The translations under genes were made by a program, and so were the position numbers. A stretch of DNA of 64,000 nucleotides from Gammaproteobacteria bacterium (GTDB taxonomy: Bacteria > Pseudomonadota > Gammaproteobacteria > Steroidobacterales > JBFFHS01), in the NCBI GenBank assembly GCA_041556855.1, contig JBFFHS010000006.1, positions 819 to 64,818 of the forward strand, written 5' to 3'. This document shows, piece after piece, positions 1 through 9,664 of this stretch. The number at the start of each line of letters is the position of its first letter. Position 1 is the stretch's first letter. The notes below the pieces were generated by a model. The model was given only the letters and a program-made list of their open reading frames with translations. It was not told the origin of the DNA and did not search any database.

Positions 1-2
1 TG

Positions 3-164
3 CCCGAGGAACTACGCACTGCAATCATGCTCCGGGAAATGGAGGGCATGAGCTATGAGGAGATTGCTCAGACCATGGAGTGTCCCGTCGGCACGGTGCG
101 CTCGCGGATCTTCCGTGCCCGCGAGGCGATCGACAAGCGCGTCAGCCCTCTGTTGAAGGATTGA
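3..164 (+). CDS. rpoE: ECF sigma factor sigma-E (sigma-24), C-terminal fragment; 5' end lies outside the window
   Basis: Frame-3 translation from the window edge reads PEELRTAIMLREMEGMSYEEIAQTMECPVGTVRSRIFRAREAIDKRVSPLLKD*, the region-4 HTH of RpoE/AlgU. Stop TGA 162-164 overlaps the next ATG. It is followed by rseA-rseB-rseC. Confidence 0.9.
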   Translation, partial: PEELRTAIMLREMEGMSYEEIAQTMECPVGTVRSRIFRAREAIDKRVSPLLKD

Positions 165-766
165 TGGTTATGAGCGAGAAAATTCAGGAACAGATCTCTG
201 CGTTCCTAGACGGCGAATTGCCGGCCAACGAGGCTGAGCTGTTGGTGCATCGCTTGAGTCGGGACGAGGCCATGCATGCCAAGGCGCGCAGCTTTAGGGT
301 GATTGGTGCGGCGATGCGCAACGAGTTGCTGCAGCCGGATCCCCATGTGCTGCGCCGGCGGGTGTTCAAGGCACTGGACGGCGACCCCAGCTCCGAAAGG
401 CTTGTCGCGCCCCCGGCCTGGACCCCTTTGCGCCTGGCCCGCCCGATCGTTGGTCTGGCCGTGGCGGGCGGGGTCGCGGTGATGGCCATTCTGGGTCTGC
501 AGAATATTGCCCCGCAGAGTCCCGCGCCGACTACCGGGGCGCTGGTGGCGGATGGCGGGGAGCGGGCGCCGCCCGCCACCTACGTGGTTCCCCAGGAGCC
601 TGCGGCGGCCAGCATTGTGCAGGTGCCAATTCGCCTGACCAACTATCTCGTCAATCACGGTGAGTACGCGTCGGGATTGCGCCGCGCCGCCATTCATTCG
701 GAGATCGTAGGCTATCAATCCGACGCCGACCGGGAAGACGATGCCACCGACCGCGAAGCACCTTAG
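164..766 (+). CDS. rseA: anti-sigma-E factor RseA/MucA
   Basis: N-terminus MVMSEKIQEQISAFLDGELPANEAELLVHRL matches the RseA N-domain. ATG 164 overlaps the rpoE stop (TGATG). The ORF-track start at 80 lies inside rpoE. Confidence 0.85.
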   Translation: MVMSEKIQEQISAFLDGELPANEAELLVHRLSRDEAMHAKARSFRVIGAAMRNELLQPDPHVLRRRVFKALDGDPSSERLVAPPAWTPLRLARPIVGLAVAGGVAVMAILGLQNIAPQSPAPTTGALVADGGERAPPATYVVPQEPAAASIVQVPIRLTNYLVNHGEYASGLRRAAIHSEIVGYQSDADREDDATDREAP

Positions 767-1751
767 CATCACTATGCCTTCGCTGTGGCCCGCCGTGGGC
801 GCGCTGGCGTTGGCCGTTGGTCCCCTGCTGGCCTTTGCCCAGAGTCCGCAGGACTGGTTGGCGCGCATGGCCGAAGCCGTCGAGCTGCTGAACTACGAGG
901 GCACCTTCATTCTCATGCAGGAAGGTAGCGTAGAGTCGCTCTATATCATTCATCGCCATGAGGGCGGCAAGGTCAGCGAGCGGATCGTGTCCATGGACGG
1001 TGCGGGCAGGGAGATCATTCGTCATGAAGACGAAGTGACCTGTATTCTGCCGGATAAGCGCAGTGTGCTCATTGAACAGCGAAAGGACGTCAACCCACTG
1101 TTATCGGCGCTGCCGAATTATTCGGACAAGCTTGAGCAGCACTATGCGGTGGCGCTGTCGCGCCGCGGGCGGGTCGCGGGCCGCATGACCCAGGTGATCC
1201 GTATTCAGCCTCGCGACAGCTATCGGTACGGCTATCGGCTGTGGCTGGATGAGGCAACGGCCATGCCGCTGAAGTCTCAATTGAAGGATGAAAACGACGA
1301 GATCGTCGAACAGATTCTCTTCACCAGCATTGCCATGCCGGAGTTTATTCCCCAAGCCGCCCTGGAACCCACTATCGATACCGCAGGATTCACCTGGTAC
1401 CGGCCACGAACGAACGGCGCTTCTCCGCAGACCGGCGCAGTTGCCTGGCGGGCCGCTCAGCTGCCGTCGGGTTTTGAGCTGTCTGCCTCGACAGTCAAAG
1501 TGATGGCCGGCTCTGAGTATCCGGTGCAGCACCTGGTGTACAGCGATGGCCTTGCGGCAGTATCGGTGTTCATAGAGGATCCCAAGACCGACACTGAGCC
1601 CATGGCCGGTTTCGCCCGCATGGGTAGCGCCAACGCGTTCTCGCTGCGCATGCGCGGTCAGCAGGTCACCGCGGTCGGCGAGGTGCCGCGGCGTACCGTG
1701 GAGTCCATTGCCACCTCATTGACTCTGACACCGGAAAACAACGCCCGTTGA
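741..1751 (+). CDS. rseB: sigma-E regulatory protein RseB/MucB (periplasmic)
   Basis: The 336-aa ORF has a signal-like N-terminus (PSLWPAVGALALAVGPLLAFA) and the MucB/RseB-like core LNYEGTFILMQEGSVESLYIIHRHEGGKVSERIVSMDG. An alternative ATG lies at 774. Confidence 0.85.
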   Translation: MPPTAKHLSITMPSLWPAVGALALAVGPLLAFAQSPQDWLARMAEAVELLNYEGTFILMQEGSVESLYIIHRHEGGKVSERIVSMDGAGREIIRHEDEVTCILPDKRSVLIEQRKDVNPLLSALPNYSDKLEQHYAVALSRRGRVAGRMTQVIRIQPRDSYRYGYRLWLDEATAMPLKSQLKDENDEIVEQILFTSIAMPEFIPQAALEPTIDTAGFTWYRPRTNGASPQTGAVAWRAAQLPSGFELSASTVKVMAGSEYPVQHLVYSDGLAAVSVFIEDPKTDTEPMAGFARMGSANAFSLRMRGQQVTAVGEVPRRTVESIATSLTLTPENNAR

Positions 1752-2185
1752 CTCCCCGTCCCTGCCATACTCAGAGTCGTCTGCAGGCGCGGGCGACGGT
1801 AAGGGCTGTCAGGGGCGATATCCTGGACCTGGAGTTGGAGCCGGCTAGCCCGTGCTCCGGATGCCAGGGGTTATGCCGCTGGTCCTTGAATCGACGCCCA
1901 ACCCAACTGACCGTTCCCTCCGGTAGGGCCAGCGTCCGGCCGGGTGATCAATTGCGCCTTAGCGTACCCGCCCGTGCGGTGCTACAGGCTGCGGTGCTGG
2001 CTTATGGAATACCTTTGCTGACGCTGCTGGGGGGAGCGGTGTTGTTCGGCTTTGGGAAGTCCGATCTGCATGCGCTGGCGGGCGCCATACTCGGGTTGGC
2101 GGTCGGTCTGCCCTTGGGTCGTCGCCTGCAGCGAACGATTTTCGGTTGCCTGGTTCTCGCGGCCGACGCCGAAACGGCCACGTGA
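1748..2185 (+). CDS. rseC: RseC/MucC family sigma-E positive regulator
   Basis: Its position after rseB with a TTGA start/stop overlap fits RseC. So do the N-terminal ARATVRAVRGDILDLELEPASPCSGCQGLC Cys motif and the two C-terminal hydrophobic helices. Confidence 0.8.
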   Translation: MTPRPCHTQSRLQARATVRAVRGDILDLELEPASPCSGCQGLCRWSLNRRPTQLTVPSGRASVRPGDQLRLSVPARAVLQAAVLAYGIPLLTLLGGAVLFGFGKSDLHALAGAILGLAVGLPLGRRLQRTIFGCLVLAADAETAT

Positions 2186-2415
2186 AGCGCCTGACTGTCT
2201 ATTCACGCCCCCAGTGCCATCTCTGCGAGCTGGTATTGGACGAATTATTGCAGGTCGCAGGGGGGCAGGCAGAAGTGAGGGTGGTGGACATCGATACCGA
2301 TCCTGAATTGCAGCAACGCTATTGGCTGCGGATTCCCGTGGTTGTCGGTTTGGATGGCGAGCTATCCGAATACCCGCTGGATCGAAACGCCGTTATGGCT
2401 TACCTGGCCGCCTGA
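2182..2415 (+). CDS. glutaredoxin-like small protein (DUF836/Grx2 family)
   Basis: VKRLTVYSRPQCHLCELV carries a CxxC motif in a thioredoxin-fold context. GTG 2182 overlaps the rseC stop (GTGA). The ORF-track start at 2146 lies inside rseC. Confidence 0.7.
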   Translation: MKRLTVYSRPQCHLCELVLDELLQVAGGQAEVRVVDIDTDPELQQRYWLRIPVVVGLDGELSEYPLDRNAVMAYLAA

Positions 2416-2500
2416 GGCGCATCTGGCCGGGCGGTACGCCATCTCCTGATCGCCACAAGGCGCGTATAATTGCGCCCGCCAGGGCTGGCCCAAAGGTCCC

Positions 2501-4294
2501 ATGGAACGTATACGGAATTTTTCCATCATCGCCCACATTGATCACGGTAAGTCAACGCTGGCTGATCGGTTTATTCAGATCTGCGGTGGGCTGACGGACC
2601 GGGAGATGGCGGAACAGGTGCTGGACTCCATGGACCTGGAGCGGGAGCGTGGAATAACCATCAAGGCCCAGAGCGTTTCGCTGAGCTTCCGCGCCCAGGA
2701 CGGGCAGGAGTATCAGCTCAATTTCATTGATACGCCCGGGCACGTGGATTTTGCCTATGAGGTGTCGCGCTCCCTGGCTGCCTGTGAGGGTGCCCTGTTG
2801 GTTGTGGATGCCGCACAGGGCGTTGAAGCTCAGAGCGTCGCGAACTGCTACACAGCCATTGATGAGGGGCTGGAAGTTTTGCCGGTGATCAACAAAATCG
2901 ACCTGCCCTCGGCGCGTCCCGAACAGGTGATTCAGGAAATCGAGGAAATTATCGGCATCGAAGCCCAAGACGCGGCGCGCATCAGCGCGAAGACGGGCGA
3001 GGGGGTGGTCGAACTGCTGGAATTACTGGTGCAGCGGATTCCCCCACCCCAGGGCGATCCAGGCGCCCCCCTGCAGGCACTCATCATCGACTCCTGGTTT
3101 GATCCCTACGTCGGCGTCGTATCCCTGGTTCGGGTGGTGAACGGCTCCCTGTCGCGGCGACAGAAGATCCAGGTCATGTCCACCGGGCGCACGTACGGAG
3201 CAGATCGCATCGGTACTTTTACCCCTAAGATGCAGGACGGCGACATGCTGGCAACCGGGCAAGTGGGCTTCGTGATCGCCGGCATCAAGGAAATTGATGG
3301 GGCGCCAGTCGGCGATACAATTACCAGCGCCGACCGCCCTTGCTCGACCCCTTTGCCGGGTTTCAAGCAGGTGCAGCCGCGGGTATTCGCCGGTCTGTTT
3401 CCGGTCAACTCCGATGACTACGAGGCATTTCGTGAGGCGCTGCAGAAGCTGCGCTTGAATGATGCCGCGCTGCACTTCGAGCCAGAGAACTCCGGTGCGC
3501 TGGGATTCGGCTTCCGCTGCGGCTTTCTCGGCATGCTGCATATGGAAATCGTCCAGGAACGCCTGGAGCGCGAATATGATCTGGAGTTGATCACGACGGC
3601 ACCGACGGTAGTGTTTGAGGTCCAGACCACCGATGGCGAGATCATCAAGGTGGACAATCCGGCCAACCTGCCGCCGCCCAATCTCATTGCCGAGATTCGC
3701 GAGCCCATAATTCGTGCCAGTCTGCTGCTTCCGGCGGATCACGTGGGCGCTGTGATCAAACTCTGTGTCGAGAAACGCGGGGTGCAGCAAGCGATGCAGT
3801 ATCTGGGTAACCAGATATCCCTGGAGTACGAATTACCTCTGTCGGAGGTTGTACTGGACTTCTTCGACCGGCTGAAGTCGGTCAGCCGCGGCTACGCGTC
3901 CTTCGACTACCAGTTCGAGCGCTTTCAGCCGGCACCCCTTGTTAAGCTCGATATTTTGATTAACAAGGATCGCGTAGACGCGATGTCGGTGATTTGCCAT
4001 CGGGACAAGGCGCAATCCCGCGGCCGGGAGCTGGTGGAGCGGCTGCGGGAGCTCATTCCACGGCAGATGTTCGAGGTGGCGATACAGGCGGCTATAGGTG
4101 GGCAGATCATTGCACGCAGTACCGTAAAGGCGCTGCGTAAAAACGTCACCGCCAAGTGCTATGGCGGCGACGTGACCCGAAAGCGAAAGCTGCTGGAGAA
4201 GCAAAAGGCCGGCAAGCGACGCATGAAGCAGCTGGGTTCTGTCGAGATTCCCCAGGAGGCGTTTCTTGCCGTTCTGCAGGGAGAACGAAAATGA
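2501..4294 (+). CDS. lepA: elongation factor 4 (LepA)
   Basis: 597 aa. The N-terminus [20 protein letters not shown] (G1), DTPGHVDF and NKIDL GTPase motifs and the full-length LepA architecture are present. Confidence 0.97.
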   Translation: MERIRNFSIIAHIDHGKSTLADRFIQICGGLTDREMAEQVLDSMDLERERGITIKAQSVSLSFRAQDGQEYQLNFIDTPGHVDFAYEVSRSLAACEGALLVVDAAQGVEAQSVANCYTAIDEGLEVLPVINKIDLPSARPEQVIQEIEEIIGIEAQDAARISAKTGEGVVELLELLVQRIPPPQGDPGAPLQALIIDSWFDPYVGVVSLVRVVNGSLSRRQKIQVMSTGRTYGADRIGTFTPKMQDGDMLATGQVGFVIAGIKEIDGAPVGDTITSADRPCSTPLPGFKQVQPRVFAGLFPVNSDDYEAFREALQKLRLNDAALHFEPENSGALGFGFRCGFLGMLHMEIVQERLEREYDLELITTAPTVVFEVQTTDGEIIKVDNPANLPPPNLIAEIREPIIRASLLLPADHVGAVIKLCVEKRGVQQAMQYLGNQISLEYELPLSEVVLDFFDRLKSVSRGYASFDYQFERFQPAPLVKLDILINKDRVDAMSVICHRDKAQSRGRELVERLRELIPRQMFEVAIQAAIGGQIIARSTVKALRKNVTAKCYGGDVTRKRKLLEKQKAGKRRMKQLGSVEIPQEAFLAVLQGERK

Positions 4295-4304
4295 GGAGAC
4301 GGAC

Positions 4305-5072
4305 TTGGACTTTGCCCTGATACTAGTGATTGCCACGGGCGTGACCGGGGTGATTTGGGCCTTTGACGCGCTGGTGTTACAGCGCGGTCGGGCCGGCGAC
4401 GCGGAGCGCGGTGAGCCTATCCTGGTCGAGTACGCGCGCGCTTTCTTCCCCATTCTGCTATTCGTGCTCGTGTTGCGGTCCTTTCTTTACGAGCCGTTTC
4501 GTATCCCGTCGGGCTCCATGACACCGACTCTGCTGGAGGGCGACTTCATTTTTGTGAACAAGTTCGTGTACGGGCTGCGGCTTCCGGTAGTAAATATCAA
4601 GTTGGTGGCGATTGGCGAGCCCGAGCGCGGCGATGTCATGGTATTCAAGCTGCCTTCGGATTCAGGCACGAATTACATCAAGCGAGTGGTGGGTCTGCCC
4701 GGGGATGTGGTGGAGTATCGCAACAAGCGGCTGGAGATCAATGGCGAGCCCGTGCCCCTTGAGTTTCTCGGGACCTATGATGGGCCAGGGCAGGTGGGTG
4801 CGGGGCTGGCCCGGGAACAGCTGGGCGACGCGGAGCACGAGGTGCTCGTCATGCGCGGCCGGATGAGCCCTGAGGGAACCTACGTGGTGCCCAAGGGACA
4901 TTTCTTCGTCATGGGTGACAATCGGGACAACAGCAGGGACAGCCGCTTTCAGGGCGTGAGCTTCATACCCGAAGACCGATTGGTGGGCAAGGCCGTGCGG
5001 ATCTGGATGAACTGGCGTGTGCCCTCCCAGGGTGGGCCGCTGTGGGGCCGGATTGGCACCAAAATAGAGTGA
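4305..5072 (+). CDS. lepB: signal peptidase I
   Basis: The motifs FRIPSGSMTPTLLEGDFIFVNKF and GDNRDNSRDSRF are present. I prefer TTG 4305, which is preceded by GAGGAG (4293-4298) and gives (M)DFALILVIATGVTGVIW, aligning with the E. coli LepB N-terminus. The ORF-track start at 4266 lies inside lepA. Confidence 0.9.
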   Translation: MDFALILVIATGVTGVIWAFDALVLQRGRAGDAERGEPILVEYARAFFPILLFVLVLRSFLYEPFRIPSGSMTPTLLEGDFIFVNKFVYGLRLPVVNIKLVAIGEPERGDVMVFKLPSDSGTNYIKRVVGLPGDVVEYRNKRLEINGEPVPLEFLGTYDGPGQVGAGLAREQLGDAEHEVLVMRGRMSPEGTYVVPKGHFFVMGDNRDNSRDSRFQGVSFIPEDRLVGKAVRIWMNWRVPSQGGPLWGRIGTKIE

Positions 5073-5077
5073 CAGCT

Positions 5078-5452
5078 ATGAGCAAGACATTTGGGCACAG
5101 ACAGCGTGGTATGACGGCGCTCGGGTTCATCATTAGCATCGCCGTGGTGGGCGTTCTGCTGTTCGGTGTTCTGAAAGTTACCCCAATCTACCTGGAAAAT
5201 AGACGCCTGGAAGCGGTGCTCGCCTACATCAAGCAGGAGATGGATGGCCAGGGTGCCACGGCAAACCAGATCCGCATGTCCATGGCGCGGCGCCTGGATA
5301 TCGAGATGATCAAGCTACCGCCAGAGGTCATGAAGATCAGGAAGTCGCGGAACGGCTATACTATCGAGGTCAAGTACGATAACCGTACCCATTACTTTGG
5401 TGATCTGTGGCTGGTGGTCGCTCTAGACGAACGGGTAGAAATCATTCGTTAG
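5078..5452 (+). CDS. DUF4845-like small membrane protein conserved between lepB and rnc
   Basis: MSKTFGHRQRGMTALGFIISIAVVGVLLFGVLKV has a pilin-like N-terminal TM segment. The position between lepB and rnc is typical for this family (from memory). Confidence 0.7.
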   Translation: MSKTFGHRQRGMTALGFIISIAVVGVLLFGVLKVTPIYLENRRLEAVLAYIKQEMDGQGATANQIRMSMARRLDIEMIKLPPEVMKIRKSRNGYTIEVKYDNRTHYFGDLWLVVALDERVEIIR

Positions 5453-6144
5453 CTGCCGCCCTGTCCTGGGCAACGCGATATCTCCAGTACGAGTTCGACG
5501 ATCCTGCGCTGCTGCAGCAGGCTCTGACCCATCGCAGTGCCGCCAGCAAGCCAGACAACGAGCGGCTCGAATTCCTTGGCGATGCCTTCTTGAATTTTGT
5601 CATTGCCGAAGCTCTGTACGCGGGTCAACCGGGGTACAGCGAGGGTGATCTGACCAAACTACGGGCAACCCTGGTGCGGGGCAGCACTCTGGCGGAGGTC
5701 GCATTGGGGCTGGGTGTTGATAAGCACCTCATTCTCGGCGCAGGGGATCTGAAGACCGGCGGTGCGCAGCGCATGTCCACGTTGGCGAACGCTCTTGAGG
5801 CGGTGTTGGGCGCAGTGCTGCTGGATAGCGATCCGGCCACCGCGCGCAAGGTTGTGTTGCGGCTTTTCGCCGCTCGGATGGCTCGGCTGCCAGATCCTGC
5901 CGAGCTCAAGGACGCCAAAACCCGGCTGCAGGAATGGTTGCAGGCGCGCCGCCGCACGCTGCCGGTCTACGAGATGACGGCGGTGACCGGTGCCCAGCAT
6001 AATCAGAGTTTTACGGTTGAGTGTCGTGTTCCGGAGGAGGATGCTGCGACCAGCGGCACCGGTGCCAGCCGGCGGAGTGCTGAGCAGCAGGCCGCGCAGC
6101 AGATGCTCGACAGGTTGCAGGGTCATGCCGACAAAGACGTATAG
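5407..6144 (+). CDS. rnc: ribonuclease III
   Basis: The signature ALTHRSA...NERLEFLGDAFL is present, with a dsRBD-type C-terminus SRRSAEQQAAQQML. GTG 5407 is the only in-frame start upstream of the signature, giving a 46-nt overlap with the preceding ORF. Confidence 0.93.
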   Translation: MAGGRSRRTGRNHSLAAALSWATRYLQYEFDDPALLQQALTHRSAASKPDNERLEFLGDAFLNFVIAEALYAGQPGYSEGDLTKLRATLVRGSTLAEVALGLGVDKHLILGAGDLKTGGAQRMSTLANALEAVLGAVLLDSDPATARKVVLRLFAARMARLPDPAELKDAKTRLQEWLQARRRTLPVYEMTAVTGAQHNQSFTVECRVPEEDAATSGTGASRRSAEQQAAQQMLDRLQGHADKDV

Positions 6145-7021
6145 CGGGTATGTGGCCATCGTTGGCCGCCCCAATGTGGGCAAATCCACACTGATCAACG
6201 CCCTGGTGGGCGAAAAGATCAGCATCACCACACCGAAGCCCCAGACGACGCGGCATCGTATCCTCGGGGTGCTCACGCAGGGGCCGCGCCAGGCAGTGCT
6301 CGTGGATACCCCTGGCCTGCAGCAGGACACGAAGCGGGCCATCCATCGACTCATGACCCGTACCGTGCACCAGGCGTTGGCCGATGCTGACGTGATCGTA
6401 TTGGTGGTGGAAGCGGGGCGGCTCGAGAAGCAGGATGAGTTTCTGATCCGGCTGGCCTCCGAGTCCGGGATGCCGCTGGTGCTGGTTGTCAACAAAATCG
6501 ATCGCGTGACACCGCGGGAGCGACTGCTGCCCTATCTGCAGCGCCTCGGCGAAGCAGGCGATTTCACCGCCATCGTGCCGGTGTCTGCGAAGAGCGGCGA
6601 GAACCTGCCTGAACTGGCCCGCTGTATTCTGGATGCTGTGCCGGCGGGTCCGCGCTTATTTCCTGAAGGCATGCGGACCGATCGGGATCAGGCCTTCCGG
6701 GTGGTGGAAATCATCCGCGAAAAGTTGATGCTGCGGTTACATCAGGAAGTGCCCTACGGCATCAGCGTCGAGCTTGAACACATGAGACCCGTGGGTCAGG
6801 GCTGGTTGCTGCACGCCGTGGTCTGGGTGGAGCGGGATGCCCACAAGGCCATCGTCGTAGGCAGGGGTGGCCGGGTCATGAAGGACGTCGGCGGCGCGGC
6901 GCGGGCAGAACTCAGTCGCCTGCTGGGCGGCCCGGTGCATCTGGAGCTGTGGGTCAAGGTGCGCAAGCACTGGGCGGATAGCGAGCGGACCCTGCGGCAG
7001 ATGGGCCTGGACGTGACATGA
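6125..7021 (+). CDS. era: GTPase Era
   Basis: MPTKTYSGYVAIVGRPNVGKSTLINALVG, DTPG and NKID motifs are present, with a KH-domain C-terminus. ATG 6125 overlaps the rnc end by 20 nt. The ORF-track start at 5990 is rejected. Confidence 0.95.
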   Translation: MPTKTYSGYVAIVGRPNVGKSTLINALVGEKISITTPKPQTTRHRILGVLTQGPRQAVLVDTPGLQQDTKRAIHRLMTRTVHQALADADVIVLVVEAGRLEKQDEFLIRLASESGMPLVLVVNKIDRVTPRERLLPYLQRLGEAGDFTAIVPVSAKSGENLPELARCILDAVPAGPRLFPEGMRTDRDQAFRVVEIIREKLMLRLHQEVPYGISVELEHMRPVGQGWLLHAVVWVERDAHKAIVVGRGGRVMKDVGGAARAELSRLLGGPVHLELWVKVRKHWADSERTLRQMGLDVT

Positions 7022-7734
7022 CTGAAACCCAGCGAATAGCCCTGGAAGCAGGATTCGTTCTGCATCACAGGCCATTTCGCAATACCAGTCAGCTAGTGGA
7101 TTGTCTGACCGAGAATCATGGCCTGATACGCCTCGTGGCAAGGGGTTCACGCCGTTCCCGGGGCGGGCAGCGGGCAGTATTGCAGCCTTTCGTTCCGCTC
7201 CGACTGTCCTGGGTGAGCCGGTCCGATCTGGGTCGTCTCACCGCGGTGGAGGGCGTTACTCATCTTTTCGACCTGCCCCAGGCTCGTCTGCTGGCGGGTT
7301 TTTATGCCAACGAGCTGGTCCTGCGGTTGCTGCATCGGGGCGATCCGAATCCGGCGGTATTTTCCTGCTATAGTGACGCGCTTTTGGATCTGGCCGGCGC
7401 ACCCGCCGTGGCCCGCACGCTGCGGATTTTCGAGGCGCGGCTGCTCACGGCTCTGGGTTACGGCTTGAATCTGGACCAGGATGTGGCCACCGGCAGCGCG
7501 CTGCGACCGGAGCAGGTCTATGCCTATGACGCCCAACAGGGTGCGCGGGCCGTGACCCATGCGTCGGGCCGTGCGACGTTCTCCGGCGCGCACTTGATTT
7601 CCTTGCGCCAGGAAAAGCTGGAGGACGCGGAGAGTCTGGGGGCTGCCAAGCGCCTGCTGCATGCGGTGCTGGAGCACCACCTGGAGGGCAGGCCTCTCAA
7701 GAGCTGGGCGGTTATCAAGGATGTCTATCGTTAA
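7018..7734 (+). CDS. recO: DNA repair protein RecO
   Basis: The 238-aa ORF starts with an ATGA overlap on era. The N-terminus AGFVLHHRPFRNTSQLVDCLTENHGLIRLVARG matches the RecO OB-fold region, and the rnc-era-recO synteny is classic. Confidence 0.9.
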   Translation: MTETQRIALEAGFVLHHRPFRNTSQLVDCLTENHGLIRLVARGSRRSRGGQRAVLQPFVPLRLSWVSRSDLGRLTAVEGVTHLFDLPQARLLAGFYANELVLRLLHRGDPNPAVFSCYSDALLDLAGAPAVARTLRIFEARLLTALGYGLNLDQDVATGSALRPEQVYAYDAQQGARAVTHASGRATFSGAHLISLRQEKLEDAESLGAAKRLLHAVLEHHLEGRPLKSWAVIKDVYR

Positions 7735-7746
7735 CGAGTCTGAGGT

Positions 7747-8484
7747 GTGGTTGAGAGCAACCGTATTCTGTTGGGAGTAAATGTCGATCACGTCGCGACG
7801 CTGCGGCAGGCCCGGCTCACGCCATATCCGGATCCGGTTGCGGCCGCCCAGTTGGCAGAACGATCAGGCGCCGACAGTATCACCGTGCATCTGCGCGAAG
7901 ACCGGCGTCATATCCAAGAACGAGACGTGCGCCAGATGCAACACTGTTTGGCGACCCGGGTGAATCTGGAAATGGCGGTCACCACAGAGATGCTTGCGCT
8001 GGCTGTGGACATCGGACCCGCTGACTGCTGTCTGGTTCCCGAGCGGCGCGCCGAGTTGACCACCGAAGGCGGGCTGGATGTAGCGTCTCAGGTGGACCGT
8101 ATTCAGGCTGCGTGCCGGCGTTTGAGCGACGCCGGTATCCGGGTGTCCCTGTTCGTGGATCCCGACCCTGCGCAGCTGGACGCCAGCGCCGCCTGCGGGG
8201 CGCCGGTGGTGGAACTGCATACCGGGGCATACGCTGATGCTCGTGACCCCGCCGTGCGGGACGAGGAGTTAGCGCGGATTCGTCACGCTGTGGACCATGC
8301 CGCCGGTCTCGGCCTTACGGTACACGCGGGGCACGGCCTCCACTATGACAACGTGCAGGCGGTCGCTGCCCTGCCGCTGGTTGCAGAGCTCAACATTGGC
8401 CACGCGATCGTGGCGCAGGCGGTGTTTGAGGGTCTCGCGGAAGCCGTGGCCCGCATGAAAGCGCTGATGCTGGCGGCGCGGTAG
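7747..8484 (+). CDS. pdxJ: pyridoxine 5'-phosphate synthase
   Basis: [29 protein letters not shown] and HAGHGL motifs are present in a 245-aa ORF. Confidence 0.95.
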   Translation: MVESNRILLGVNVDHVATLRQARLTPYPDPVAAAQLAERSGADSITVHLREDRRHIQERDVRQMQHCLATRVNLEMAVTTEMLALAVDIGPADCCLVPERRAELTTEGGLDVASQVDRIQAACRRLSDAGIRVSLFVDPDPAQLDASAACGAPVVELHTGAYADARDPAVRDEELARIRHAVDHAAGLGLTVHAGHGLHYDNVQAVAALPLVAELNIGHAIVAQAVFEGLAEAVARMKALMLAAR

Positions 8485-8486
8485 CC

Positions 8487-8867
8487 ATGATTTTCGGGAT
8501 CGGCACCGACGTGGTGCAGCTGAGCCGTGTGCAGGCTACCTGGGACAAGTTCGGCAGTCATTTTGCGGATCGACTGCTGCTGGACGCCGAGGGCGAGTTG
8601 TTTCAGCGCGCCAAGAACCCGGTGCGTTTCTTGGCCATGCGGTTCGCCGCCAAGGAAGCGGTGGTCAAAGCTATGGGAACCGGTTTTGCGCACGGGATGT
8701 GGATCCGTGATGTGGGTACGGTACCGAATCAGTGGGGTAAGCCGGAGATTATCTATTCTGAACGCGGTGCAGCCATGTGCGAAAAACTCGGTGTGGGCGA
8801 GGGGCATCTGACCCTCACTGACGAAGCCGGCCTGGTGTTGGCGGTTGCCGTTCTGCTGCGCCGTTGA
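8487..8867 (+). CDS. acpS: holo-[acyl-carrier-protein] synthase
   Basis: MIFGIGTDVVQLSRV and FAAKEAVVKAMG motifs are present in a 126-aa ORF that follows pdxJ, as in E. coli. Confidence 0.9.
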   Translation: MIFGIGTDVVQLSRVQATWDKFGSHFADRLLLDAEGELFQRAKNPVRFLAMRFAAKEAVVKAMGTGFAHGMWIRDVGTVPNQWGKPEIIYSERGAAMCEKLGVGEGHLTLTDEAGLVLAVAVLLRR

Positions 8868-8871
8868 AACA

Positions 8872-9657
8872 ATGCCTCGGATGCACACCCTGGCCTTCGA
8901 TATCGAGACGGTCCCCGACACCGAGTTCGGCCGACGGCTGCTCAATATGGGCGAGGTCGGCGAGGACGATGTTGCAAAGGCGATGTTTTTCCGTCAGCGC
9001 CAGACTCGCAACACCGAGTTCCTCCCGTTGCCTCAGCACCGGATCGTTGCGATATCGGTGGCTCTGCGCAGCGCTGACACATTGAGGGTATGGAGTCTGG
9101 GCGACGCCGATGCGGGTGAACAGGAGTTGATCCAGCGCTTTTACGACGGTCTGGAGCGCTACAGCCCCGTGCTGGTCTCCTGGAACGGCGGCGGTTTCGA
9201 TCTGCCGGTGCTTCACTATCGGTCCCTGCTCCACGGTGTCAGCGCGCCGCGCTACTGGGATACCGGCGATCAGGATCGGGAGTTTCGCTTCAACAACTAT
9301 CTGAGCCGCTTTCATTGGCGGCATATTGATCTGATGGACGTGCTGTCAGGCTATCAGCCCGGTGGGCGCGCGTCCCTTGAGCACATCGCGATTCTGCTGG
9401 GCCTGCCTGGCAAACTCGGGATGAGCGGCGATCAAGTGTGGGAAACATATCGGCGCGGCGATCTGACCGCCATCCGTTGCTATTGTGAAACGGATGTCCT
9501 GAATACCTATCTGATTTACCTGCGATTCCAGCTCATCCGGGGCCTGCTCGATCAGCCTGGATATGCTCAGGAGGTGGCCCTGGTGCGCGATTATCTGGCC
9601 AGCCAGGAGGCAGCCCATTTTCGCGAGTTCCTCAGTTGTTGGGCTGAGCCGGAATAG
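8872..9657 (+). CDS. stand-alone 3'-5' exonuclease related to the PolB exonuclease domain (RNase H-like fold)
   Basis: ExoI-like FDIETVPD, ExoII-like SWNGGGFDLPVL and ExoIII-like YCETDVLNTYLIY motifs are present. ATG 8872 lies just after the acpS stop. Confidence 0.7.
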   Translation: MPRMHTLAFDIETVPDTEFGRRLLNMGEVGEDDVAKAMFFRQRQTRNTEFLPLPQHRIVAISVALRSADTLRVWSLGDADAGEQELIQRFYDGLERYSPVLVSWNGGGFDLPVLHYRSLLHGVSAPRYWDTGDQDREFRFNNYLSRFHWRHIDLMDVLSGYQPGGRASLEHIAILLGLPGKLGMSGDQVWETYRRGDLTAIRCYCETDVLNTYLIYLRFQLIRGLLDQPGYAQEVALVRDYLASQEAAHFREFLSCWAEPE

Positions 9658-9664
9658 CCGACCC

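Noticed and set aside
80-163. The six-frame track suggests upstream extensions for many genes: rseA 80, era 5990, rlmD 9563, MTAP-like 12602, csiV-like to 15402, exbB 27051, dnaE2 45930, clpA 45745-type cases, lolA 62232, ptp 32985, lpp-like to 42934 and DUF2062 to 23880.
   Set aside because: The extensions lie inside the preceding gene and add non-conserved residues. They are replaced by internal starts that abut the upstream stop, restore canonical N-termini or signal peptides, or have an RBS.
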